From an uncultured Clostridia bacterium (lineage in GTDB: Bacteria; Bacillota; Clostridia; Oscillospirales; CAG-382), in NCBI GenBank assembly GCA_947628695.1, contig CANRAV010000005.1, forward strand, positions 9,354-73,353: 64,000 nucleotides of DNA, in the 5' to 3' direction. How positions within the stretch are numbered: position 1 is the first letter of the stretch; each line of letters opens with the position of its first letter. This document shows positions 46,849 through 55,955 of the stretch, piece after piece. Below the pieces are notes generated by a model, which saw only the letters and a list, made by a program, of their open reading frames with translations, was not told where the DNA came from and did no database searches. Made by a program: the position numbers and the translations under genes.

Positions 46849-47135
46849 GAGGAAACCGCTGCACAAACAAAACTTGTGCAGCGGCGCTGTTTTAGTGAAG
46901 AGTGAAGAGGTAAGAGTGAATAAGTGCGGAAGAAAAAGCTTCCGCTTTTTCATTATTATAATATTGCACAAATCCAACCGTAGTATCGCGTATTCATCGA
47001 ATATCTTTGATATTTAGTTTGCTTTAAGAATTTAGCCGCATATCAGCACCTGCATATTTAAATCAAATAACGTCCGCCAAAGGCGGACACCGCACTCCTT
47101 CGCTCTTCACTATTACTTCTTCACTTCGCCCCGCG

Positions 47136-47315
47136 CCCCATACGTGCGACAAACCTAAACCTCTCTGCGGCGCGGCCTGCGTTGGCGGCTTGGGATTCCA
47201 AAGGGTGCCAACCCTTTGGTAAAAAAAGCTATTGTTTTCAATAGGCCTTAAATAGAGAGCCCCGGAGGGACCGAGTCCCTCCGTTAAAAAACCGTGGCCG
47301 AGCCGGGGCTCGGCC
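47136..47315 (-). repeat. Repeat module B (full length, minus strand)
   Basis: Reverse complement matches 27377-27555. Confidence 0.88.
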
Positions 47316-47353
47316 AAATAAATAATAAGCCAAAATAAATAATAATACCTACA

Positions 47354-48622
47354 CTACGAAAGCCCTGCGTCGATGCGCAGTATAGCGACGGCGTCGACGT
47401 TGTTGACGTAGCCGCTGCCGTCGAGGTCGGCGGCAACGAGGGCGGCTGCGCCGAGCAGTGCCGTGCCGGCGTCGTACATAAGCGCGTCGACGGCGTCGAC
47501 GTTGTTGACGTCTCCGTCTCCGTTCACGTCGCCGGACGCGTACACGGGGCGTTCGACGCCGGAGGGAAGCGGATAGTCGATGCTTTCGGGTCTTACGCAG
47601 TCCCTTATTTTGGTGCCGGAGGATATGGGGTAGACGTCACCGCCGAAGACGCTGCCGGCTGCGGTGCAGCCGCTTATTTCGGAGATCCCGCGATCCAGTG
47701 CGTCACTTTGCCCGCAGATGCCGCCCGCCAGCGCGGCAGCGGACGCGGACCCGAAGGCGGCGCAGTCCGCCACGGCGGAGGATGCACCGTAGCCCTCCGC
47801 GCCTATGGCGCCGCAGATGCCGCCGCAGCCTTCAAGCTTTGCTTCCGCATTCGCAAAGGAGAAGCAGCCGGTGACGTCGGTAACGGAGCTTCCGCCGCTG
47901 CTTGCGGAGTGCAGCGCGCCGCAGATGCCGCCCGCAAGGCTGCCGAATTTGCCGTCGGCAAGCACGCTGCCGCGCGTTTCGCAGCCGGAGACGTGCGTCT
48001 CTGCGCGTGAGGAGGTCGAGCGCGCCTCCCCCTTGCCGAGAATGCCGCCGACGTTTATGTCGCCGTACACGTCGCCTTCAAAGGCGCAGCTCGAAACCGC
48101 AGACTTTGCGTAGGCGCCGAAGGCCGCAGCGCCCGCGTAGCCGACAATGCCGCCGGCGTAGCCCTCCCCGCGCACCGTGCCGCTTGCCGTGCAGCCGCTT
48201 ACGGCGGAGGAGCCCCTGTAGGAGTAGACCCTGCCGGCAACCGCGCCGGCGTAGCTGCCGCCGCTTACCGAGACGCCATCAAGGTGCACATCCTCCACCG
48301 TGCCGCAGAAGACGCAACCGAAAAGCCCGGCATAGTCCGTACCCTCCACCGTAAGCCCGCTTACGGTTTTGCCGCAGCCGAGGAAGGTGCCGGAAAACGG
48401 CGTTTCCGCGTCCTTCCCTATGGGGGTAAAGGGCGCGTCAAGCCTTATGTCGGCCGTAAGGCAGACCGTGACCCCGGAAAGTGCGTCACCGCCCGCAACG
48501 CGCGCCGTAAGCGCCGAAAGCTCCTTAGCGCTGCCTATATATATGCGCTCCTCTTCCGCACCCGCCCCAAGCGGGAACACCGCAAGAAGAAACGCCAAAA
48601 CAACCGAAAATGCTCTTTTCAA
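47354..48622 (-). CDS. Secreted GLUG-repeat protein with C-terminal dockerin
   Basis: FTPIG...FSGTF.G.G.TVSGL; repeated xGGIxG motifs; duplicated GDVNGDG dockerin; TTG start. Confidence 0.85.
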   Translation of the reverse strand: MKRAFSVVLAFLLAVFPLGAGAEEERIYIGSAKELSALTARVAGGDALSGVTVCLTADIRLDAPFTPIGKDAETPFSGTFLGCGKTVSGLTVEGTDYAGLFGCVFCGTVEDVHLDGVSVSGGSYAGAVAGRVYSYRGSSAVSGCTASGTVRGEGYAGGIVGYAGAAAFGAYAKSAVSSCAFEGDVYGDINVGGILGKGEARSTSSRAETHVSGCETRGSVLADGKFGSLAGGICGALHSASSGGSSVTDVTGCFSFANAEAKLEGCGGICGAIGAEGYGASSAVADCAAFGSASAAALAGGICGQSDALDRGISEISGCTAAGSVFGGDVYPISSGTKIRDCVRPESIDYPLPSGVERPVYASGDVNGDGDVNNVDAVDALMYDAGTALLGAAALVAADLDGSGYVNNVDAVAILRIDAGLS

Positions 48623-48676
48623 AGTAAAAGCCCTCCTTTTTCATAGATTATACCACAAAAAGGAGGCTTTTACAAG

Positions 48677-49324
48677 TCATTCATTTCCCCAAAAGAAGGA
48701 AGCCACAGAGTCCTTCAAGACGGCGGAGGCGTCCTCTGCGGAAATATACACGGGGAAGATCTCGTTTTTGTCGGAAAGCACCGACGCACCGTATATAAAG
48801 GCAAGCCCGTGCGGGCATATGTAAAACGCCCTTTTGTCAAACCGACTTATAAGCCTTTCCCGCCAGTCGGCGTAAAGACGCACAGCCGCGCTTTCCGCGC
48901 GCGCCTCCGCCGCCGCCTCCAGTGCGGGCATGAGGAGCTTTGCGGCGTTCTTTTTAAACACGCGCTCCGCCCTTATGAGAACGCCGCGCTTCCTGTCCCA
49001 AATCTGCGGAAGCCGCACCCTTCTCTGCCCCGCGTCGGTGCTTACCGCCGCGTCGACGTACACCGACAAGAGGTTCTCGTTTTCAAAGCTTACCGTCGCC
49101 TTAAGCACCGCGCCGAAGGGCGCACACTCCCCCTCGGCACGCGGTAGAAGCGTCTTCTCCGCAAAGCGCAGAAAACCCGTCCGCATTCCGCCGTAATAGG
49201 CCGAAAAGCCCTTTGCAAGCGGTGTTTTTGCCTCCTCCGGCAGTGCGGGCAGTGAAATGCACACCCGCACGCGGTCGTCTCCAAGCGTCTTCCTGTCTGT
49301 AGTAACGGCAACGGTTTTTTCCAT
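48677..49324 (-). CDS. Hypothetical protein (possible DUF3298/RsiV-like fold)
   Basis: ISLPAL, LLSVYVD, FYI...GL.F.Y pattern. Confidence 0.5.
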   Translation of the reverse strand: MEKTVAVTTDRKTLGDDRVRVCISLPALPEEAKTPLAKGFSAYYGGMRTGFLRFAEKTLLPRAEGECAPFGAVLKATVSFENENLLSVYVDAAVSTDAGQRRVRLPQIWDRKRGVLIRAERVFKKNAAKLLMPALEAAAEARAESAAVRLYADWRERLISRFDKRAFYICPHGLAFIYGASVLSDKNEIFPVYISAEDASAVLKDSVASFFWGNE

Positions 49325-49365
49325 AAACAGCACCCCCGCTAAAGCCTATGCCGGAGGGTGCGCTT

Positions 49366-50760
49366 TTATTCAAGCTTTTCCCTTCTTCCCAGCGTCTTTC
49401 GCGGGTTGGCAAGCAGAAAGTCCTGCATCCCCCTTGCCGAAAAGGGCACAAGCGGCGTCATATACCCCGCGCCGAAGCTCTTCTTCGTTATAAGAAGCAT
49501 CACCGTAAGCCCGAAGGCGAAAAGTATGCCGTAAAGCCCTGCGAAATACGCCGCAAATATATAAAGGTAGCGGAACAGGGTAAGGCTTGTGCTCATGGCC
49601 GGCACGATAAAGCCGGTAGTTTCCGAAAACGCCACTATGATAAGTGACGCGGTGCCGGCAAGCCCCGCCTCCACCGTGGCGTCGCCCACAAGCAGCGAGG
49701 CGACAAGACCCACCGCGTCGCCCACGGTGCGGGGCATCCTGACGCCCACCTCGCGCACTATCTCAAAGGCGGTAAGCATAAGCAGCATCTCCGCTATAAA
49801 TGGCAGCTTTATGTCCCTCTCCATGCGCTCGAACGACTCGGCAAGCACGCGGGGGATGGGAAAATCGCCGTGATAGGCGGCCGCAGTGAACGCAGCGGGC
49901 AGGAAGGCGGAGGCAAGCAGCGCAAAGAAGCGCAGGAAGCGCATAAAGGTCGCGTACCAGGCGGGCTTTAAATAGTCCTCGGAGGACTGTATGCTTTCCG
50001 CGAATACATACGGCGCGGTAAGCACAAAGGGGCTGCCGTCGCATATGACCGCAACCCTGCCGGCGAGAATCTTGGAGGCGACCTTGTCGACCTTCTCGCT
50101 GCTCCCGAGGGTCGGGAACACGCTGCCCTTCGGGCAAAGCAGCTGTTCTATGTTGCCGCTGTCAACCACGCATTCCGCCTCGGCGCCCTCAAGAGCCGCC
50201 GCAATGTCCGCAACAACCTTTTCGCTTGCCCTGCCCTCGAAGTACACAAGGAAGACCTTTGTGCGCGTAAGACTGCCCACGGTGAAGGAGCGCGCCTTAA
50301 GGCAGGGGTTTTTTATTATCCTGCGCAGGGAGGCAAGGCTTTCCTCGCCGCTTTCGTTAAAGCCGGCGCGCGGGCCCTTTACCGTGACGTCGCTTGTCGG
50401 CTCGTCTATGCCCCGGTAGGAAAAGCTGTCTGCGGCGACGCATGCCATATACAGCGCGTCCGTCTCCAGCGCGACAAGCGCGTTCCCGCCGAGTATGGCG
50501 TCGGCCGCCTCGCCGACGCCTGTGCAGACGGAGAAGGCGGAGCTTTGAAGCAGCCTTTCAAATTCCCCGCGAAAATCGCCGCTGCAGTACCGCACCGTGG
50601 GCGCCACCAAGCGCTCCGCAACGTAGCTTCTGTCGCATATGTTTTTTATAAAGCACACGCCCCCGCAGAACCCGTCGCCGGATATGGGACGAATTACAAA
50701 GTCGTCGCAGTCCGAAAAACGCTCATTCAGCCCGTCAAGCAGCTCTTTGAAGCTTTGCAT
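49366..50760 (-). CDS. Spore germination protein, GerA family A subunit
   Basis: RGIDEP...KGPRAGFNE, GRVAVICDGSP, EIVREVGVRMP; real start at ATG 50760. Confidence 0.9.
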   Translation of the reverse strand: MQSFKELLDGLNERFSDCDDFVIRPISGDGFCGGVCFIKNICDRSYVAERLVAPTVRYCSGDFRGEFERLLQSSAFSVCTGVGEAADAILGGNALVALETDALYMACVAADSFSYRGIDEPTSDVTVKGPRAGFNESGEESLASLRRIIKNPCLKARSFTVGSLTRTKVFLVYFEGRASEKVVADIAAALEGAEAECVVDSGNIEQLLCPKGSVFPTLGSSEKVDKVASKILAGRVAVICDGSPFVLTAPYVFAESIQSSEDYLKPAWYATFMRFLRFFALLASAFLPAAFTAAAYHGDFPIPRVLAESFERMERDIKLPFIAEMLLMLTAFEIVREVGVRMPRTVGDAVGLVASLLVGDATVEAGLAGTASLIIVAFSETTGFIVPAMSTSLTLFRYLYIFAAYFAGLYGILFAFGLTVMLLITKKSFGAGYMTPLVPFSARGMQDFLLANPRKTLGRREKLE

Positions 50761-50928
50761 TCTGCTTTTCCCCTCCCTCTTCGGCAACAATGTTTGTTTT
50801 TCGCTTGAAGTAAGTATTGGCATGAAAGGCAAAAAATATTCGACAAAATAATCGTTCGCCGTCTTGACATAATATCGCTTAATGTGTATAATCAAGTTGT
50901 AACGATACGCGAAAAATGACGGGACGGG

Positions 50929-52041
50929 GTGAACGTTGTGGCAAGGGCCGTAAAGGTATTGTTTATTATGGTGTCGCTTGTGCTGGTGTGCGCACTGCTT
51001 TTTGCCTGCATTCAGATAGTTTCCTTTGAAAAACGGCAGTCGGAGGACGATTCCTCGGACGAAAGCAAAACCGTTTACCTCCCCTCGGAGCCGGAAAGCA
51101 GCGAGGAAAGCCGTGTTTCCGAAAGCTCCGCACCGGAAAGCTCCGGTGAAGGAAGCGTTTACGAGCCCTCGGAGGAGCCCGACGTATCTGTAACCGAGCA
51201 GTCGGAGGAAAGCACAGAGCAGCCCCCGGTAAGCTCGGAAGAGCCGCCGGAAAGCACCGCACCGCCGGTTGAAAGCGAAGAACCGTCCGAGGACGTCGGC
51301 CCGTCGGTGCCGATAACTCCCCCTCCCACGGACCTTACGGTCACGTCGGGGGAGTATGACAGTGTGTTTAACGACTCGCTTTTTGTCGGACACTCCGTGA
51401 TGGTGCACTTTAAGATGTACGTCGGCGGCTGGCGGGATGCGGACAGCGGCGTTCTCGGCAACGCGCTTTTCGCCTGCACAAGCAGCTTCAGCTTCTTCAA
51501 CAACTTAAACCAAACGCCTCAGCAGGCGGACAACGTGCTTCCGCGCTATCGCGGCAGCGCCTACAGGATAGAGGATCTTCCCGCAGCAACGGGTGTGAAA
51601 AAGATATACCTTGGGCTTATGGGGCTTAACGACCTCGGCATGGTCGGCGATGCGGACAGCTGCGCGGGGCTTGTGGCCGGCGAGGTTTTCCGGACGATAG
51701 AAAGCATAAAGGAGAAGAATCCGGACGTTGAAATTGCCGTCCTCGCTTCTACCTATCTTGTCCGCGGGAAGAGCTTCCGCAACCTCAACAACCGTAATAT
51801 GAGCCGCCTTAACAGCCTGGTTTTGGAATACTGCAGCCAAAACGGTATAGACTTTATAGATGTGGCAACGCCGCTTACCGACAGTGACGGCTACCTTGCG
51901 GACGTCTACTGCAGCGACGCTTACTGTCACTTAAAGCAAAACGCCTACGTGGTGTGGATGGACGTGCTTCGCGACTATGCGCAGAAGAAGGCCGCAGGCA
52001 CCTGGAAAAACCCGGAAAGTATTCCGCTTTTCGGGGAGTGA
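50929..52041 (+). CDS. Membrane-anchored SGNH/GDSL hydrolase with a Ser/Glu/Pro-rich linker
   Basis: N-terminal TM; FVGHS, GLND, D..CHL blocks. Confidence 0.75.
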   Translation: MNVVARAVKVLFIMVSLVLVCALLFACIQIVSFEKRQSEDDSSDESKTVYLPSEPESSEESRVSESSAPESSGEGSVYEPSEEPDVSVTEQSEESTEQPPVSSEEPPESTAPPVESEEPSEDVGPSVPITPPPTDLTVTSGEYDSVFNDSLFVGHSVMVHFKMYVGGWRDADSGVLGNALFACTSSFSFFNNLNQTPQQADNVLPRYRGSAYRIEDLPAATGVKKIYLGLMGLNDLGMVGDADSCAGLVAGEVFRTIESIKEKNPDVEIAVLASTYLVRGKSFRNLNNRNMSRLNSLVLEYCSQNGIDFIDVATPLTDSDGYLADVYCSDAYCHLKQNAYVVWMDVLRDYAQKKAAGTWKNPESIPLFGE

Positions 52042-52092
52042 GCTTATTCTTTTAGAACACTTGTAATATTTTTATACAGAAAGGGATTTATT

Positions 52093-52650
52093 ATGAAAAA
52101 ATTTGCAATCATGCTGCTTACCGCCGCGCTGGCGATAAGCACCTTTACCGCCTGTGCCGACGTCGGCGGCGGTTCCGAAAGTAAAGAAAGCAGCTCGCCT
52201 TCCGGGACGGAAAGCGCGGTGTCTTCCGGGACGGAAAGCGCGGTATCTTCGGCTTCCGCGGCAGAGGGTGTCGACCTTGACGCTCTTCTTGCGACGGTAA
52301 AAGAAAGCTTTGCCGTAAGCGAACAGCGCAATATACCCTCCGACGAGATATATCAGGAGACCGGCATAGAAGAGGGCAGCTATACAGGCTGCTTCTGGCT
52401 TTCCGACATGAGCGGGCTTACCTCCGAGAAGGCCGTTGTTTTCGCCGCGAAGGACGAAGCCGCTGCAGCAAACATAAAGTCAAAGCTTGACACCGTGCTG
52501 CAGAGCGAAACCGCGCAGATGAAGGACTATAACGCAGACAACTACGCCATGCTTCAAAAGGCCGTATGCGAACAGAAGGGGCTTTACGTTTACCTTCTCG
52601 TTTCCCCCAATGTCGACAAATTCGCAGAGGCGGTAAACGCCGCATTTTAA
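52093..52650 (+). CDS. DUF4358 family lipoprotein
   Basis: Lipobox FTAC; C-terminal Y...ML.KA...G.YVYLLVS; 24-bp tandem repeat at 52201-52248. Confidence 0.75.
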   Translation: MKKFAIMLLTAALAISTFTACADVGGGSESKESSSPSGTESAVSSGTESAVSSASAAEGVDLDALLATVKESFAVSEQRNIPSDEIYQETGIEEGSYTGCFWLSDMSGLTSEKAVVFAAKDEAAAANIKSKLDTVLQSETAQMKDYNADNYAMLQKAVCEQKGLYVYLLVSPNVDKFAEAVNAAF

Positions 52651-52671
52651 CCGCAAGGACGTGCATTTAGT

Positions 52672-54294
52672 TTGAAAGAAGTAAACAAAAAACCTGTTTG
52701 GCTGTGGCTTGTCCTGTGTCTTCCGCTTGTGTTCATAGCTTATTTTGTGATAAGCCTTTCCGAGGGGGACATCGACCCGGCAAGCGTAAGCGAGGTGGAC
52801 GTTGTCGCCCCGGACGGGGAGAGCTTTACGTTTTCCGAAGGGGAGGACGTCCCCTTCTACGTCAACGTGTACCTGGAGGGTGACCCGCTTACAGGCCCAG
52901 TCAGGGACATTGAAGACGAAAAGCCCATGGAAGTGGTGATAAAGCAGAAGAATGTGGACACCGCCTTTGAGCTTTACGCAGAGGCAAACACCAACGGCTG
53001 CTTTTTCAAAAACAAGGACGGCAATTATTTCTCCGTCCCGCAGACCTTTGCTTTGCAGCTTCTGCAAAGGGAGGAATGCGCCTATGTATACGGCAAAGCG
53101 GGATACACCCTGCCGACGCTCTCCTTCAAAACCGGGGACGAGGAAAGCGCGGTACTGCCCGAAAGCTATACCTGGCAGTACAAGGACATAGCGGGAACGG
53201 CAGTGGAGGACGTGAAGACGCAGACCGCGTCGGAAAAGCAGACTTTTCCGTTTTACTCCGACGTGGGGTTTGCACTCAGCTTCTCGGTACCGCCGACGGA
53301 GCACACCGTAACCTTTTACGACGAAAACGGCAGTGCCCTTAACATATCGGATCCTTCGTCGCTTCTCTTCACGAACGACACGCACCTTCGTGCCGTAGTA
53401 GAGGCGAAGTGGGACGAAAGCGCGAACTACGCGGGCGGCAGTGCCTCCTACGACTTTGACCTGCTTTACGACGTGCTTCCGGAGATAATACGCTCAAGCG
53501 ACACCGCCAAAGCGGGCGACGTCGTCTGCATCGGCTTCCGCCATCTGAGCGAGAACGAAAGCATATCGCTTTCCACCCAGCTTATAACAAGCGAGCTTAA
53601 GCTAAACTACGGCGAGGACGGAAGCGCCTTTGCGCTTATCCCCGTAAGCACCGAAAACGAGGCGGGAACCTACACCCTGCTTTTCACCGTCGGCAGCATA
53701 GAAAAGCCGATAGACATCACGGTGACGAAGGACGCGGCGAAGTTCGACACGGCCACGATGGACCCGGAGAAGTACAACAGCTATTTGAAGCCCGATTACA
53801 GGGAGAAGCTTGCTTCCCTGCTTGCCTCTCTCGAAAACAGCGACACGGAGCAGATGATAACAAGCGGTTCGAGGTTCTCGAAGCCCACCGACGGCAGCGT
53901 GCTTTACGACTTCGGCGACGACCTGCTTATCAACGGCGTCGCGGAGGGCTATACCGTGGAGGGCGTGGAGTACCGCACCGACAGCGCAGGCAGCGTGCGC
54001 GCCGCACAGCGCGGGGTTGTGGTCTACGCAGGGGAAGACGAGGTCTACGGCAACATGATAATCGTCGACCACGGCTGCGGTATTTTAAGCCGTTACTGCG
54101 GCCTCGGCACGCTTGGCAAGGCGGTTGGCGACACGGTTCAGGACGGCGAGATAATCGGCACGCCCGGTGTCTCCGGCCTTGTATACACGGAAAATTCCGC
54201 AAAGATATCCACGCTTCACTTTTCGGTGACGGTGTGCGGTATACCGGTCAACCCGAACACGCTGTTTGCAAACGGGATAACCATAGCAAGCTGA
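52672..54294 (+). CDS. Membrane-anchored M23 family peptidase-like protein (Zn ligands degenerate)
   Basis: VRAAQRGVVVYAG, YGNMIIVDHG, GDTV..GEIIG, LHFSV...VNP. Confidence 0.8.
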   Translation: MKEVNKKPVWLWLVLCLPLVFIAYFVISLSEGDIDPASVSEVDVVAPDGESFTFSEGEDVPFYVNVYLEGDPLTGPVRDIEDEKPMEVVIKQKNVDTAFELYAEANTNGCFFKNKDGNYFSVPQTFALQLLQREECAYVYGKAGYTLPTLSFKTGDEESAVLPESYTWQYKDIAGTAVEDVKTQTASEKQTFPFYSDVGFALSFSVPPTEHTVTFYDENGSALNISDPSSLLFTNDTHLRAVVEAKWDESANYAGGSASYDFDLLYDVLPEIIRSSDTAKAGDVVCIGFRHLSENESISLSTQLITSELKLNYGEDGSAFALIPVSTENEAGTYTLLFTVGSIEKPIDITVTKDAAKFDTATMDPEKYNSYLKPDYREKLASLLASLENSDTEQMITSGSRFSKPTDGSVLYDFGDDLLINGVAEGYTVEGVEYRTDSAGSVRAAQRGVVVYAGEDEVYGNMIIVDHGCGILSRYCGLGTLGKAVGDTVQDGEIIGTPGVSGLVYTENSAKISTLHFSVTVCGIPVNPNTLFANGITIAS

Positions 54295-54318
54295 AAAAAC
54301 AAGCTAAAAACAAAAACA

Positions 54319-54360
54319 GTCGGCACGGATCAGTCACTTTAAGACTTCCGTGCCGATTTT
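54319..54360 (+). terminator. Rho-independent terminator
   Basis: gtcggcacgga/tccgtgccgat stem plus T-run. Confidence 0.65.
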
Positions 54361-54386
54361 GCGTTTTTCCTGTTTTGCCCGGCAGA

Positions 54387-54755
54387 CCGAGGGAAAAAGA
54401 GCGCAGACGGGGCGAACAAACAGGTAAGCTGTACTTAGTACTGCAAGGCTTTGTTCGTCACGAGCGAAAAAATTTAAATTAAATATGCGGTTAGCGGAGG
54501 CGAAAGCCGACGGTAACTTCCTTAGAGTCATTATTTACTTTTTCGCGTTCGGTGCCTTTTTCACCGGCCAGGCCGAGGGAAAAAGAGCGCAGACGGGGCG
54601 AACAAAGCCGCCAGCTGTACTTAGTACTGCAAGGCTTTGTTCGTCACGAGCGAAAAAATTTAAATCAAATATGCGGTTAACGGAGGCGTAAGCCGACGGT
54701 AACTTCCTTAGAGTCATTATTTACTTTTTCGCGTTCGGTGCCTTTTTCACCGGCC
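54387..54755 (+). repeat. Tandem direct duplication of a ~183-bp structured unit (period 186 bp)
   Basis: 54387-54569 and 54573-54755 are nearly identical. Confidence 0.92.
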
Positions 54756-54757
54756 TG

Positions 54758-55216
54758 CTATTTCTTTTCGGCGAGCATACGATTCAGCTCATCCGCAAAA
54801 GCGCCGATGTCTTTGAACTGGCGATACACCGAAGCAAAGCGGATGTACGCCACCTCGTCTATCTCCTTCAGCTTGCGCATCACCATTTCGCCTATGTACG
54901 AGGTCGGTATCTCGTTCTGCATGGAGTTTTGAATGCTGCGCTCTATATCCGAAACAATCTCTTCCATCTTGTCTCTGGATACTTTGCGCTTGTCACAGGC
55001 GTGGATTATGCTGGAAAGCAGCTTGTTCCTGTCATAGGCTTCCCTGCTGTTGTCCTTCTTCACGACGATCATCGGTATGTCCTCGACAATCTCGTAGGTG
55101 GTGAAGCGGCGCTGACACTTAAGGCACTCTCTGCGGCGGCGGATAGCCGCACCGTCGGCAGTGGGACGCGAATCTACAACCTTGCTTTCAAGGTTGCCGC
55201 AGGCTGGACATTTCAT
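54758..55216 (-). CDS. nrdR: Transcriptional repressor of ribonucleotide reductases
   Basis: MKCPAC, VVDSR, IRRRRECLKC, RFTTYE, VAYIRFASVYRQF. Confidence 0.97.
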   Translation of the reverse strand: MKCPACGNLESKVVDSRPTADGAAIRRRRECLKCQRRFTTYEIVEDIPMIVVKKDNSREAYDRNKLLSSIIHACDKRKVSRDKMEEIVSDIERSIQNSMQNEIPTSYIGEMVMRKLKEIDEVAYIRFASVYRQFKDIGAFADELNRMLAEKK

Positions 55217-55323
55217 AACAAACACCTCTTTTTAAAAAGCCTGAACCGCATACCGTTCTTGCGGCTCCTGATAAACCCATAATAACACATTATTTTAACT
55301 TTGTAAAGAAAGGATTTAACAAA

Positions 55324-55554
55324 ATGAAACAAAAAGAGAAAATTTTTGCACGCCACATACTCCCCGCGGGGCTTCTTTTCCCCGCAGCCTTCTGCCTTAC
55401 ATACGTTTGGGGGCTGCTTAGCGGCAGGATTGAGACAGCGTTCAGGTACGACGTGCTGTGCCTTGTCGCCGAGACGGCAAAGATATACCTCAGCTGCGCC
55501 GTCGTCGCCCTTGCGGGCTCCTGCGTGTACCAAAGACTTCTGCGGAAGGGGTAA
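55324..55554 (+). CDS. Small hypothetical membrane protein
   Basis: SD aaagga; two hydrophobic segments. Confidence 0.5.
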   Translation: MKQKEKIFARHILPAGLLFPAAFCLTYVWGLLSGRIETAFRYDVLCLVAETAKIYLSCAVVALAGSCVYQRLLRKG

Positions 55555-55562
55555 TCTCACTC

Positions 55563-55590
55563 TTGACAAATTCAGCAAAATATGTATAAT
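55563..55590 (+). promoter_or_regulatory. SigA promoter for peptide mRNA, locus 2
   Basis: TTGACA-16-TATAAT. Confidence 0.75.
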
Positions 55591-55700
55591 GTAGTCGAAG
55601 GGCATAGCCATATCGGTGTGCGGTCAGCCCCTCCTCTTTGCCGCATCTTTTGATGCGGCAAGTACTCGCTTTCTCAGCGAGGGAAAGGGGGGACGCTTTT

Positions 55701-55817
55701 ATGTTCGTTACTTATGAAGCTTTCTTCGGCTTCTTTGATGTAATCTTAGGCGTTTTGAGCCTTATTACGTCCATTGCAAGCCTTGTAATAGCGATTATTA
55801 ACTCGCATAAAAAATGA
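55701..55817 (+). CDS. Small hydrophobic peptide, putative type I (holin-like) toxin: MFVTYEAFFGFFDVILGVLSLITSIASLVIAIINSHKK
   Basis: G-rich SD, TYEA motif, one TM helix, KK tail; paralogue of 46601-46714. Confidence 0.78.
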   Translation: MFVTYEAFFGFFDVILGVLSLITSIASLVIAIINSHKK

Positions 55818-55947
55818 CCGCCACTGCTCCGAACAGTAGCGGTCTCCTACTTATTTTTTAGTAGGTAGATAACTTCGTGAGGGGCTGACCGCATATCGGC
55901 TTTGACCCTTCGACTTTTATTATACACTTCTCACGTCAATTTGTCAA
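55808..55947 (-). ncRNA. Candidate antisense antitoxin sRNA, locus 2, cis copy (promoter included)
   Basis: TTGACA-17-TATAAT on minus strand (55947-55919); same hairpin layout as locus 1; terminator overlaps the peptide stop. Confidence 0.7.
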
Positions 55948-55955
55948 GTGTTTTT

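Larger units (their letters stand above)
46399..47126. repeat. Purine-rich AGTGAA-type short repeat clusters (46399-46457, 46893-46951, inverted 47091-47126)
   Basis: agtgaagaagtaatagtgaa...gtgcg, in two copies followed by gaagaaaaagct.ccgctttttc. Confidence 0.7.

Noticed and set aside
50840-50846. TTCGACA, a possible Spo0A box upstream of the gerA-like gene (another TGTCGAA near 39283)
   Set aside because: Single 7-mers are expected by chance in 64 kb; no further support.
50761-51408. N-terminal extension of the 680-aa ORF 49366-51408
   Set aside because: It overlaps the SGNH gene on the other strand; GerA similarity and an SD start at 50760.
52201-52248. 24-bp tandem repeat (SGTESAVS x2)
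   Set aside because: In-frame linker expansion in a lipoprotein; ordinary.
54387-54755. Possible CRISPR array (also considered for 46261-46626 and 55808-56092)
   Set aside because: Units are 140-190 bp with only two copies, no short repeat/unique spacer pattern and no cas genes.
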